From contig CAXXYH010000003.1 in NCBI GenBank assembly GCA_963677925.2, forward strand, positions 2,048,001-2,112,000: a stretch of 64,000 nt of DNA, given 5' to 3'. The position numbers and the translations under genes were made by a program. Source of the stretch: Spirochaetia bacterium (lineage in GTDB: Bacteria > Spirochaetota > Spirochaetia > UBA9216). Within the stretch, counting starts at the first letter, position 1, and each line of letters begins with the position of its first letter. Of this stretch, positions 1 through 9,403 are shown piece by piece. The notes beneath the pieces are model-generated. The model was given only the letters and a program-made list of their open reading frames with translations. It searched no databases and was not told the origin of the DNA.

Positions 1-767
1 AGATCACCGCGGTGTACTATCACGGACTGTTCGCCGGAACAGATAATACCGTTGTCGAAACTTCTTCCGTCCCGGATTTTAACCGCTGCTTCCTTAAAAT
101 CAACATTCCTGTCAATTATACACTGAACATTTCCGGCGCCTACACCGAATGCAGGCTTTCCGCTTGAATAGGCGGCCTTGACCATTCCGGCGCCTCCGGT
201 GGCAACAACAACATCTGCCGACGCCATCAGTACACGGGTATTTTCCCTTGAGTGTTCATCAAGAATCTGAATAAGGTGGTCAGGTGCACCGAGTTTTTTC
301 AGTTCATTATTTATCAGCTCAACAGTTCTTGTACTGGTATTAATCGCCCTGTGATGCGGAGTAAAGATTATCGCATTGCCGCCCTTTACTGCAAACATAG
401 CATTGCACATCGGTGTTACAACAGGATTTGTACATGGCGTAACAGCCGCAACAACACCGACCGGTTTTGCTATTTCAACTATACCGCTGTTCTCATCCCT
501 GCTTATGATACCGCGTGATTTCACGCCTCTGAGGCTGTTCCATATAATTCCGGCCTTACCCCGGTTTTTTGCAGTTTTATGATCAACTCTGCCCATCCCG
601 GTTTCTTCAACTGCCATAACTGCAAGTTCTTCGGCATTGTCATAAACAACCCTGCCTATAACCATAACTGCTTCATCAATTTTCTCCTGACTCCAGGATT
701 CTATTACCTTCCGGGCAGCCTTTGCCCTTTTTATATATGCTGATATATATGTCTCTGCTGTGTTCAT
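1..767 (-). CDS. Acylating aldehyde dehydrogenase (CoA-dependent succinate-semialdehyde dehydrogenase-like); runs off the window start
   Basis: Not in the ORF track. Manual translation from ATG at 767 gives MNTAETYISAYIKRAKAARK...KPVGVVAAVTPCTNP...VVATGGAGMVKAAYSSGKPAFGVGAGN...FDNGIICSGEQS, motifs of the acylating ALDH family. Confidence 0.85.
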   Translation of the reverse strand, partial: MNTAETYISAYIKRAKAARKVIESWSQEKIDEAVMVIGRVVYDNAEELAVMAVEETGMGRVDHKTAKNRGKAGIIWNSLRGVKSRGIISRDENSGIVEIAKPVGVVAAVTPCTNPVVTPMCNAMFAVKGGNAIIFTPHHRAINTSTRTVELINNELKKLGAPDHLIQILDEHSRENTRVLMASADVVVATGGAGMVKAAYSSGKPAFGVGAGNVQCIIDRNVDFKEAAVKIRDGRSFDNGIICSGEQSVIVHRGD

Positions 768-821
768 GCCAACCTCTGCTGTATAGATACTTTCACAAGA
801 TTATAGTAGTATCTTTCTCTG

Positions 822-2549
822 ATGAAAACCCGAAAACTACTGAAAAACGATATCTGTACATCAGTTACAGAAGAAGATATAAAAGCTGTAAAGACCGATA
901 AAAGCCTCAGAGTAATGATGGAGGAATCCTATCGAAGCGAACTTGAGGCAGGACTGCGTATAAGGGGAAGAGAATATAATATATTCGTCTGCGGCCCTCC
1001 CGGAAGTCAGAAATACGAGTCTGTTGAGGAAGTACTTAACTGTATCAAGACAGACGGGAACCTTAGCGGTAAAGCTCCGGTGTATCAAGTAAACAAGATA
1101 AACGAAACCGAGGCTGAAATAATCGCCGACAAGTCAGACGGTACGGCTTTTCCAGTTGTCACCGAGAATAACCCGACACCCGCAAGACTGTTCGGTACTT
1201 CAGCAAAAAACATTCAGGATATCAGACCCGGCTCACTGCATAAATCAAGCGGAGGTGTCCTAATCCTCAGAGCCGATGATCTAATTGCCGAAGAGGAAAG
1301 CTGGGACCTTCTTAAAAGAACTCTCAGAACCGGAATGATTGAACCGGCAAGAAGCGGAATATCAGAGGGATTACCCGAAACAGGAACTTTTGATGTTATT
1401 CCTTTTTCCGCAGATCTGAAAATTGTCATCATCGGCACCGAGAATCAATTCGATCTGTTTTATGCTACGGATGAGGATTTCCGCGACAGTTTTCAGTTTT
1501 TTGTGGAAACTGACGCAATTATTCCGCTGAACGAGACCAATCTTGAAATGTCGGTAAATATATTCAGAAATCACGCTGAAAGCCTGCACGGTAAAAGCCT
1601 TTCAGACGGCGCGGCTCTGGAACTAGTGAAACACAGCATCTCGCTGGCGGAAAACAGAGACAAGCTCAGCACATCTATAAACGAGATCCTGCCGGTTATA
1701 ACCGAAGCTGCCGAACGTTTTTCCAGCCCCGGAGAGATCGACGCGGAGAGCATCAGGAAGACACTTTCGGCAGTATCCGGCCGATACAATCTGCTTGAAC
1801 GCAGAATCCTTGAAGACATCAAATGCGGAGAGCTCAACCTTAAGGTTGACGGTAGTGAGGTCGGCAAGGTTAACGGCCTTGCAATCCTGGATAAGGGGCC
1901 CTATTCATTCGGAATCCCCGGACTGATTTCAGCAAGGATTGCACCCGGCGAAAGCGGGCTCGTCAACATAGAACATGAAGCAGGACTTTCGGGAGAGATT
2001 CACGACAAGTGGGTGCTTATTCTGGAAGGATTTCTACGCGGCAGCTTTGCCCGTGATTTTCCGATTTCAATATTTGCAAGCCTCTGTTTTGAACAGTCAT
2101 ACAGCGAGATTGACGGCGACTCGGCTTCATCATCCGAGCTCTACGCCCTGCTTTCCGCCATCTCGGGTGTTGCTCTGAGACAGGATATCGCAGTAACCGG
2201 AAGCCTCAGCCAGACCGGCGAAATTCAGGCAGTGGGCGGCCTCCGCGAAAAAATTGAAGGCTTCTACAAGGTCTGCCGTACAATCAATTTTACAGGAAAC
2301 CAGGGAGTTATTGTTCCCGAGAAAAATATAAAAAACATCATCCTGCCCGATGAAATACTGGATGATATTGAAAATGAACAGTTTCACATATACCCCGTGG
2401 AAACGGTGGATGACAGTATTGAAATACTTACCGGAATGACTGCCGGAAAGAGAAACGCCAGAGGAATTTTTCCAGCAGGAACATTTAATTCACTAGTTGA
2501 AAAGAAGCTTAAGCAGATTGCAATGCAGGCAAAAAACTTCGGCAACTAA
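822..2549 (+). CDS. Lon-like (LonC/YcbZ-type, peptidase S16) protease
   Basis: FEQSYSEIDGDSASS (catalytic Ser), AVTGS and VGGLREKIEG (catalytic Lys), NGLA motif; degenerate Walker A GPPGSQK. Confidence 0.85.
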   Translation: MKTRKLLKNDICTSVTEEDIKAVKTDKSLRVMMEESYRSELEAGLRIRGREYNIFVCGPPGSQKYESVEEVLNCIKTDGNLSGKAPVYQVNKINETEAEIIADKSDGTAFPVVTENNPTPARLFGTSAKNIQDIRPGSLHKSSGGVLILRADDLIAEEESWDLLKRTLRTGMIEPARSGISEGLPETGTFDVIPFSADLKIVIIGTENQFDLFYATDEDFRDSFQFFVETDAIIPLNETNLEMSVNIFRNHAESLHGKSLSDGAALELVKHSISLAENRDKLSTSINEILPVITEAAERFSSPGEIDAESIRKTLSAVSGRYNLLERRILEDIKCGELNLKVDGSEVGKVNGLAILDKGPYSFGIPGLISARIAPGESGLVNIEHEAGLSGEIHDKWVLILEGFLRGSFARDFPISIFASLCFEQSYSEIDGDSASSSELYALLSAISGVALRQDIAVTGSLSQTGEIQAVGGLREKIEGFYKVCRTINFTGNQGVIVPEKNIKNIILPDEILDDIENEQFHIYPVETVDDSIEILTGMTAGKRNARGIFPAGTFNSLVEKKLKQIAMQAKNFGN

Positions 2550-4060
2550 AACCTGGCTCTGAACTTATCAAAATCCTGAAACAGCGGTTCAACAGCCTTG
2601 TATGATTTTACCAGCATTTCCGACAGCTCAGCATAAAGCCCGCCAAGGCTGCTGTCGGTCTCAACAAGCTCCGCAACCGGGTTCATCTTTTCCGCCATGC
2701 TGAAATCACTGTAAACTCCGGTACCAACTCCGCCCAGAAGTGCAGCCCCCATACTTGTAGCCTCAAGCAGAAGCCCGGGAATCGTAAGATTCCGTCCGAA
2801 TACATCGGCAAAAATCCGCCGCCACACCTCGCCCCTGGCACCGCCGCCCATAAACATAACAGAATCAGCACCGCCGCCGGGAGCATCGAGCATCAGCGAA
2901 AGCGAAAGCCCGAGATTGACGGCTATACCTTCTATCACCGCCCGGCCGAGATCTCCGCGTGAAGTGGTCAAAGACATCCCAAGAAACTCCCCCCGTGCAG
3001 AAGAATTCCACCAGGGTGAACGTTCACCAATCAGATACGGAAGAAAGATAACCCCGTTTGCTCCGGGCGGAGAGGAGAGAACTTCGGTGTTAATCCGGTT
3101 CAGTGATTCGGCGTCGGAGTCACCGCTGATAATACTGCTGAACCAGCTGAATGCCGTACCTGCCGACTGCATTGTTGCACATGGCTGGTACAGGCCCTCA
3201 ACCGGATGGGCGAAAGTGAAGGCTCTCATCTGAGGATCATCAAGCGGCTTTTCGGTAGTAGTCGAAACCCATGCTGTGGATCCCATGTTGCAGTACGGCC
3301 TGCCAGGCGAGACAGATCCTGCCCCCAGAGTTGCACAGCCGCCGTCACCTGCCCCGATAACTACCGGAACCCCCTCAGGAATTCCCGTTGCTGCAGAGGC
3401 TGCGGCGCTGACTGTCCCTGTAATACGGGTTGAAGGCACAGCTTCGGGAAAAAGAGACAGCGGAATTCCTGTTTTTTCAAAAATTTCTTCAGACCAGCAG
3501 AATTTATTCAGATCAAAGGCATTGGTTCCAGAGGCGTCGTTATAATCTGTTAAAAAGGTGCCTGTAAGCCTGTAGTTGATATAATCCTTGGCCTGAAGAA
3601 CCTTGAATGTTTCAGAATAGATTTCAGGACGGTTCTTTCTTATCCACATTAACTTTGGAAGGGTATATGTTGAACTTGGACGGTGGCCTGTAATCCGGTA
3701 GATTCCCTCCATCCCGAATGTATCGATCAGCTCCTGTTCCTGCTTTGTGCTGCGCTGATCACTGTAGATTAACGCGTCATGGAGGGGCCTTCCCTGCCTG
3801 TCCACACATAGACAGGCCATCATCTGGCCGCTGAAAGACACCGCGGCGAGCTCGGAGGGTTCTATTTCTGAAAGGACTTCAGCAGATGAGCAGCAGACAG
3901 CCTTCCACCAGTCATCAGGTGACTGCTCAGCCCTGTTCCCGCTCAGGTAGGAGGTACTGTAAGCTGAAGTCCTGCTTGTTACGAGCCTTCCCATATCATC
4001 AAAAACTGCGGCCTTGTTTCCTGATGTCCCAAGGTCATGTGCAAGAATATATCTTCCCAT
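2546..4060 (-). CDS. FGGY-family carbohydrate kinase (xylulokinase-like)
   Basis: HDLGTSGNK, SFSGQM, TDYNDASGT, GAGDG and FLPYLIGERSP motifs. Confidence 0.85.
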   Translation of the reverse strand: MGRYILAHDLGTSGNKAAVFDDMGRLVTSRTSAYSTSYLSGNRAEQSPDDWWKAVCCSSAEVLSEIEPSELAAVSFSGQMMACLCVDRQGRPLHDALIYSDQRSTKQEQELIDTFGMEGIYRITGHRPSSTYTLPKLMWIRKNRPEIYSETFKVLQAKDYINYRLTGTFLTDYNDASGTNAFDLNKFCWSEEIFEKTGIPLSLFPEAVPSTRITGTVSAAASAATGIPEGVPVVIGAGDGGCATLGAGSVSPGRPYCNMGSTAWVSTTTEKPLDDPQMRAFTFAHPVEGLYQPCATMQSAGTAFSWFSSIISGDSDAESLNRINTEVLSSPPGANGVIFLPYLIGERSPWWNSSARGEFLGMSLTTSRGDLGRAVIEGIAVNLGLSLSLMLDAPGGGADSVMFMGGGARGEVWRRIFADVFGRNLTIPGLLLEATSMGAALLGGVGTGVYSDFSMAEKMNPVAELVETDSSLGGLYAELSEMLVKSYKAVEPLFQDFDKFRARF

Positions 4061-4148
4061 ACCAATCCCCTCAAAGCAGTGATTATATTATATCAACGGT
4101 AATAATTATAAACCCGGACTTTACTAAAGCATAGGCCGGATTTTTGTA

Positions 4149-4178
4149 TTGACATATGACAGCAACGAAAACTATACT
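4149..4178 (+). promoter_or_regulatory. Putative sigma70 promoter
   Basis: TTGACA (4149-4154), 18-nt spacer, TATACT (4173-4178), upstream of the HDOD gene. Confidence 0.6.
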
Positions 4179-4216
4179 TATTTGTGATAAATTTCTAATT
4201 ACCTGTTGGAGTTCAA

Positions 4217-5701
4217 ATGCCTAAAAAAGTAGATGCAGCCCAGATTAACCGAGCAATAGTTTCTTCAATTCCAGTCACAATCAAAAGCTATACCCTGCCC
4301 CATGAAACCGAGATGTACATGGAAGAAATACTTGGAGTATACCTTGAAAAATTCGGACAGGGAGCACTGAAAGACAGAATATCATACTGCCTCAGAGAAC
4401 TTGCCGTAAACGCTAAGAAAGCAAACACAAAGCGTGTATATTTCTCTGAAAAAAATCTGGACATCAATGACTCTGAAGATTATTCGGTAGGCATGAAAAC
4501 CTTCAAACAGGAAACACTCGACAACATAAACTACTGGCTTGAAAAGCAGAAAGATGCAGGCCTCTATATTAAAATAGTATTTCACTCAAAGGGTGATTCA
4601 TTTTCAATATCCATTAAAAACAATGCGCTGATATCCCAGAAGGAGCAGATGAGGGTCTACGATCGTATTGCACGTTCACGAGCCTTCGAGTCAATGGAAG
4701 AGGCCCTGTCCTCAGTACTCGATGATTCGGAAGGAGCAGGACTCGGTATCGTGATTCTGGTTCTGATGCTGAAAAAGATCGGTCTGGATGAGGATGCCTT
4801 TGATATCGATGTTGAAGGCGATGAAACTGTAGCAAGAATAACCATCCCCTTTGCCAACGTGCATCTTGAAAACCTCAACCAGCTTGCACAGGAAGTTGTT
4901 GATGAGATTGAAGATCTCCCGCAGTTCCCCGAGAATGTCGTTTTCATACAGAAGCTAATAAATGATCCGGAATCGGAACTTACAGATATTGCAAGACAGA
5001 TAAGCATGGACCCCTCGCTTACCGCAGACCTTCTCAAGGTCGTAAACTCAGCCCAGTTTATGCTGCCCAAAAAGGTTGATAATATAGTTGAAGCGGTCAA
5101 ACTGGTAGGTCTCCGCGGTATAAGAAACATGCTGTTTTCATACGGAACACAGAAAGTACTTAAAACAGACCAGAAGAGCCTCTGGGATCATTCATACCGG
5201 GTCGCCTTCTACTCATATAATCTTGCAAAGAACTTCAAACGAAAGAAAGACCTGCTTGATGATGCCTATGTCGGAGGAATACTTCACGACATCGGTAAAA
5301 TTATATTTTCAAGTGTTCATCCGAACCTGCTTGAGAAAATATCAAGGTTCTGCTCTGAGAAGGAATTCCAGAGCGATATCATGGAAGAGCTCTCGGCAGG
5401 ACTCAACCACGCTAAAATCGGCGGCATGATTGCTGAAAAATGGAATTTTCCCGAATCGCTCGTAGATGCAATAAAATACCATCACGAACCTAACCAGGCG
5501 CCGCGTGCCACCAACGATGTCGTCAACACGGTTTATCTTGCAAATTCGATGAGCAATCTTGAAACAGGTGAAATTACATTTGAACAGATAGACCCGCAGA
5601 TTATGTCTGAGTTCGGTATTCAGTCTGAAGATCAGCTTGTTGCAATACAGCAGCGGCTCTCAGCTGCCTTCAATGCCGACAGGGCGAACAGTCCGGACTG
5701 A
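4217..5701 (+). CDS. HDOD-domain signalling protein with N-terminal HATPase_c-like domain
   Basis: N-terminal ELAVNA (N box) and GAGLG (G box). C-terminal DPSLTADLLKVVNS, LWDHS, GILHDIGK, HAKIGGMIAEKWNFP and HH motifs of HDOD. Confidence 0.8.
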   Translation: MPKKVDAAQINRAIVSSIPVTIKSYTLPHETEMYMEEILGVYLEKFGQGALKDRISYCLRELAVNAKKANTKRVYFSEKNLDINDSEDYSVGMKTFKQETLDNINYWLEKQKDAGLYIKIVFHSKGDSFSISIKNNALISQKEQMRVYDRIARSRAFESMEEALSSVLDDSEGAGLGIVILVLMLKKIGLDEDAFDIDVEGDETVARITIPFANVHLENLNQLAQEVVDEIEDLPQFPENVVFIQKLINDPESELTDIARQISMDPSLTADLLKVVNSAQFMLPKKVDNIVEAVKLVGLRGIRNMLFSYGTQKVLKTDQKSLWDHSYRVAFYSYNLAKNFKRKKDLLDDAYVGGILHDIGKIIFSSVHPNLLEKISRFCSEKEFQSDIMEELSAGLNHAKIGGMIAEKWNFPESLVDAIKYHHEPNQAPRATNDVVNTVYLANSMSNLETGEITFEQIDPQIMSEFGIQSEDQLVAIQQRLSAAFNADRANSPD

Positions 5702-5741
5702 TAAAGCCTAGTAAACATTTAAATACTTAATAAAATTATTC

Positions 5742-6584
5742 TCAGCTGATATGAAGGCTTTCAGACCATCGCTGCATAAGTATTCCGAATGAGACAGCAG
5801 CATTGAGTGAGCCCTTTGTTCCGTACATCGGAATCGATACAAGCCCCAGACTTTCACCAGCAAGTTCCCGTGCTGCGGGACTTATTCCCAGTTCCTCTGA
5901 ACCGATAATTGCAAGCCCGGTGTCAGGAAAGCAGAAACTTTCAATGGAGGTTCCGCCGAGTTCGAGAGCAAAGACGTTTTTACCCTCCGCAGCCTCCTCT
6001 ATGGGCATGCGCTTCCAGGGTATTCGATCCACAGTACCCATTGATGTCCGGCCGGCCCTGGGATGAGCTGGGTCAGGACAGTCGGGAGACAGGATAATGC
6101 CTGAAGCACCGAGAGCCTCGGCAGTGCGGAAAATTGCCCCGAGATTAAATGGGGAGCGTATATCATCAAGAAATATTTCGATTCCCGGTCTGCGCGCCTC
6201 TCCAGCATCTCCAGCCGGCGGCAGATCTGCGGAGTCCGGTTTGTGCAGCGCTGAAAGATCCCAGTCTGCAGCGGAATTACCTGTTTCAAGCAGGAGCAGA
6301 TGCCTGAGACTGTTTATCCGCCTATGCAGAAGCGGCAGGTTCTTAGCGGTAATATCAGCAAGAAGACTTTCCGCTGCAGCGATTACACGCCGGGAATCTC
6401 CGGATTCAAGCCTGATTTCCGGTGAGTCTACAGTGCTCATCAGCTGCTGAAGCAGTCCCCGGACATATTGAACATCAGACAAGCCGCCTTCACCAAGCTC
6501 TTTTTCGAAGCCCTGCAGCAGAACAATAATCTTACGCAGCCGGGTTCCGGGCTTTAATGAGGCTAGTTTTCTAAGCGTAATCAT
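5742..6584 (-). CDS. TrmH/SpoU-family RNA methyltransferase
   Basis: LDDIRSPFNLGAIFRTA, IGSEELGIS and IPMYGTKGSLNAAVS SPOUT motifs. Confidence 0.85.
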   Translation of the reverse strand: MITLRKLASLKPGTRLRKIIVLLQGFEKELGEGGLSDVQYVRGLLQQLMSTVDSPEIRLESGDSRRVIAAAESLLADITAKNLPLLHRRINSLRHLLLLETGNSAADWDLSALHKPDSADLPPAGDAGEARRPGIEIFLDDIRSPFNLGAIFRTAEALGASGIILSPDCPDPAHPRAGRTSMGTVDRIPWKRMPIEEAAEGKNVFALELGGTSIESFCFPDTGLAIIGSEELGISPAARELAGESLGLVSIPMYGTKGSLNAAVSFGILMQRWSESLHIS

Positions 6585-6589
6585 AAATA

Positions 6590-7738
6590 TCAGAGTCCGT
6601 TTTTCAGAATTCCTATAATATCGTCAGATGAAAGAGGCGCGGGTAGCTGGGTGATAAAGTCAAAACTCTTAACAGTCTCTGCTATATTCCCAAGATCATC
6701 CATTGTTACACCGAATTCACTGAAGCGCATCGGTACACGCCTGAGCCCCACCCTGTGACGGATAGTATCAATAACACGCTGAGCTGCATCCACAACAGTC
6801 AGACCCTCTGTAGGTTCATTCAGAATCGGAGCAAGGCGTGCCACCTTTTCAGGATAAACCTGCAGCCCGTATTCAAGAATATGAGGGAGAAGCACTGCCG
6901 AAACAAGTGCCCTTGGTATTCTGAAACGGCTGGAAATAATCATTGACAGAGCCGCCCCGAGTCCCGGTCCGGCCATGGATAACCCCATGGAAGTAACCAG
7001 TCCGGCCTTGGCTGCCTTTTCAAAGGCTTCCTTGTCCGCAGAATTCTCATCAAGCCGCTTCTCGGAGGAAACAACGGCCGATACAGCCTTTAGAAAAAGG
7101 CTTTCTGAAAGAAAATTGCTTTTAACTGACATGTAGCCTTCTATTGCATACATCAGAGTGTCGAGAATAGTAAAAATAAATGTTGCAGGCGGCATTGTTT
7201 CCGCATTTGTCGGATCAATGAATACAGCGTGCGGGAGCACCCCGTTTGTATCTACTATCATGCACCGCCTGTTCCGGCTGTCGGTAAGCATGATGGAATC
7301 TTTGAACATGAAAGGATCCCTGCATGTTGAGGGGATGCCTATAAAAGGGAGTGCCGGGACGCCGGCCCTGGTGCCGTCAAGGTAATCATCTATTCTTATT
7401 TTTGCCGGGGTGAGTATGGCAGCAGCCCTTGCAATCGACATAGTGCGGACTCCGCCAATACCGAGAACGGTCCTTGCCTTGCTGCTTGAAGCAAGCTTTA
7501 CTATGGAATCAACAACACTGCATGTTGAATCGGGACCGATTCCGCTGAACACGATGCTGTCGACACCACGCTCAGCAAGCATTTTTTCAATACGCTTATG
7601 AAGACCGGTTTCAATAACATCAGCACCCGTGACAATGAGCGTGCGTCCGCCCGCCTTTTCAACAGTGATACCGATTTTTCCGGTTACGCCTTCACCCATA
7701 TTGATATTTACCGGAACATTGAAATTAAGATGCTGCAT
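6590..7738 (-). CDS. Iron-containing alcohol dehydrogenase family protein (metal ligands degenerate)
   Basis: Overall Fe-ADH fold motifs (VLGIGG, IPST, AVFIDP, DTLMYAIEGY, AVLLPH), but the canonical His ligands are substituted. Confidence 0.7.
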   Translation of the reverse strand: MQHLNFNVPVNINMGEGVTGKIGITVEKAGGRTLIVTGADVIETGLHKRIEKMLAERGVDSIVFSGIGPDSTCSVVDSIVKLASSSKARTVLGIGGVRTMSIARAAAILTPAKIRIDDYLDGTRAGVPALPFIGIPSTCRDPFMFKDSIMLTDSRNRRCMIVDTNGVLPHAVFIDPTNAETMPPATFIFTILDTLMYAIEGYMSVKSNFLSESLFLKAVSAVVSSEKRLDENSADKEAFEKAAKAGLVTSMGLSMAGPGLGAALSMIISSRFRIPRALVSAVLLPHILEYGLQVYPEKVARLAPILNEPTEGLTVVDAAQRVIDTIRHRVGLRRVPMRFSEFGVTMDDLGNIAETVKSFDFITQLPAPLSSDDIIGILKNGL

Positions 7739-7819
7739 GCACTCACTCCTTCAAAAAGTGAAAAAAAAAGCAGAAAGCGCAATGATACACTCTCTGCTGT
7801 AAGTCTCTCAATTGTTTAA

Positions 7820-8104
7820 TCAGGACAGGCCGAAAGCATCCATAAGACGTTCAGCAACTTCTTCAACCTTGCTGTCGAGATAATTGGGATCCTGGAGCTT
7901 CTGCTTTACTTCATTTACTCTGTCCATTCTGATGTCCGGAGCAGCTTTTGCAAGCTCTGTTGCCCTGTAGATCTCGCCCATATTCTTTGCTTCAGAAGAA
8001 ACACTGATGGTATCCTTGGAATCAACCTGCTGAGGTTTTCCTGTTTTTCCTGACTTATTGAGTTTTGATAACGGATCTAATGGTCCCAGTCTATCTATTG
8101 TCAT
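7820..8104 (-). CDS. flgM: Flagellar anti-sigma28 factor FlgM
   Basis: 94 aa; DTISVSSEAK and PDIRMDRVNEVKQKL motifs; perfect sigma28 promoter upstream. Confidence 0.85.
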   Translation of the reverse strand: MTIDRLGPLDPLSKLNKSGKTGKPQQVDSKDTISVSSEAKNMGEIYRATELAKAAPDIRMDRVNEVKQKLQDPNYLDSKVEEVAERLMDAFGLS

Positions 8105-8128
8105 TTCTGAACCTGCCTTCCGATATGA

Positions 8129-8155
8129 TTATCGGCAATTCTTAACTATATTTTA
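8129..8155 (-). promoter_or_regulatory. sigma28 (FliA) promoter of flgM
   Basis: Minus strand TAAA-N15-GCCGATAA, an exact consensus match. The -35 element overlaps the rsmI stop codon. Confidence 0.9.
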
Positions 8156-8845
8156 ACTCTTTTTCTTACCAGAAACAAGTACAGAAAATTCTCCTTTCTG
8201 GCTGCTCCGCTCTTCCAGTACTGAAAGAACCTCATTGACAGGACCTTCCAGGAATTCTTCATGAATTTTAGTCATTTCCCGGCCTACAAGAACCTTCCTG
8301 TCAGAAGATAAATCGGCAATATCTGTTAAAAGCTTGATAATTCTAAACGGAGATTCATAAATAATGAAGGCTTCCGATCTTTCAAGAAGTTCTGCAAGCC
8401 GTTTTCTCCGTCTCCCCGGTTTCGGTGATAAAAAACCCTCAAATGTAACCCCCTTGTCGGGAAAAGCTCCGACACTGGTAAGGGTGGCAAAGGCGGATGC
8501 CCCGGGGATGGGAACTACATCAAATCCGCAGTCCCGGACATGTCTTACAAGGATACTTCCCGGATCGCTTAAGCCCGGAGTGCCTGCATCAGAAGCATAT
8601 GCAACATCTCGGCCCTCTTCGAGGATTCCCGCTATTTTCTCTGCAGCCTTTGCCTCATTGGCGGCTCTGCAGCTAATCAGCTGCTTGCTTATGCCGTAGT
8701 TATTTAGCAGTTTAAGAGTGTGCCTGGTATCTTCACAGGCAATAACATCAACTTCCTTTAACGTATCAAGGGCTCTCAGTGTGATATCCTTGAGATTTCC
8801 TATAGGTGTGGCAATTATATATAAAGTTCCCGAACCGGTTTTCAA
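8153..8845 (-). CDS. rsmI: 16S rRNA (cytidine(1402)-2'-O)-methyltransferase
   Basis: TLYIIATPIGNLKDIT, CEDTRHT, SDAGTPGLSDPG, YESPFRI and REMTKIHEE motifs. Confidence 0.95.
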   Translation of the reverse strand: MKTGSGTLYIIATPIGNLKDITLRALDTLKEVDVIACEDTRHTLKLLNNYGISKQLISCRAANEAKAAEKIAGILEEGRDVAYASDAGTPGLSDPGSILVRHVRDCGFDVVPIPGASAFATLTSVGAFPDKGVTFEGFLSPKPGRRRKRLAELLERSEAFIIYESPFRIIKLLTDIADLSSDRKVLVGREMTKIHEEFLEGPVNEVLSVLEERSSQKGEFSVLVSGKKKS

Positions 8846-8928
8846 TTTATCCCCTCGTATTTTTTTCTATGTTCACATCGCTTTAAACAATTGTCAACAG
8901 CAGACGATTCAATACCGATAAGTTAAGG

Positions 8929-9357
8929 ATGAATAACGACAACCTGATTACAATTGCTGTACTTCTTGTACTTTTTATTATTTTTCTACTGCTAATCTGG
9001 TTTCTGTCCAACCGAAAAAACACCTCAACTGTTGTGAAAAAAGCTGCAGATAACAGAACTGACGGAGAAAAGCGGGTAAAACCCTGCCCTCTCTGCGGAG
9101 AACTGCTGACTAAGTCTGAAAAAGTACATTCTGTTTTATATCCCGGGAAACCTGACAGCCTGATGGAAATATTCGGCTGTCCCCACTGCCGCTTTCCGGA
9201 TTCAGAAAAAAGCCGCACATGCCCCGTATGCCGAAAAAAAATGCCCTCAGACAGTTTTCTAATTGCACGGGTTTTCAACAAGCCGGGAAAAACTCATGTA
9301 CATGTACTGGGATGTACCGAATGCTATAAGGGCAGAACAAGAATTAACAATAATTAA
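8929..9357 (+). CDS. Membrane-anchored double zinc-ribbon protein of unknown function
   Basis: N-terminal TM helix; four CxxC pairs (CPLC, CPHC, CPVC, CTEC). Confidence 0.7.
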   Translation: MNNDNLITIAVLLVLFIIFLLLIWFLSNRKNTSTVVKKAADNRTDGEKRVKPCPLCGELLTKSEKVHSVLYPGKPDSLMEIFGCPHCRFPDSEKSRTCPVCRKKMPSDSFLIARVFNKPGKTHVHVLGCTECYKGRTRINNN

Positions 9358-9403
9358 CATTCAGCAGATTGATTGATTAGTAAAAAAGTAATAATTTATC
9401 GGT

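Noticed and set aside
4182-4199. Rex operator (TTGTGA...) here and TTCACAA at 792-798
   Set aside because: Only one half-site matches in each case.
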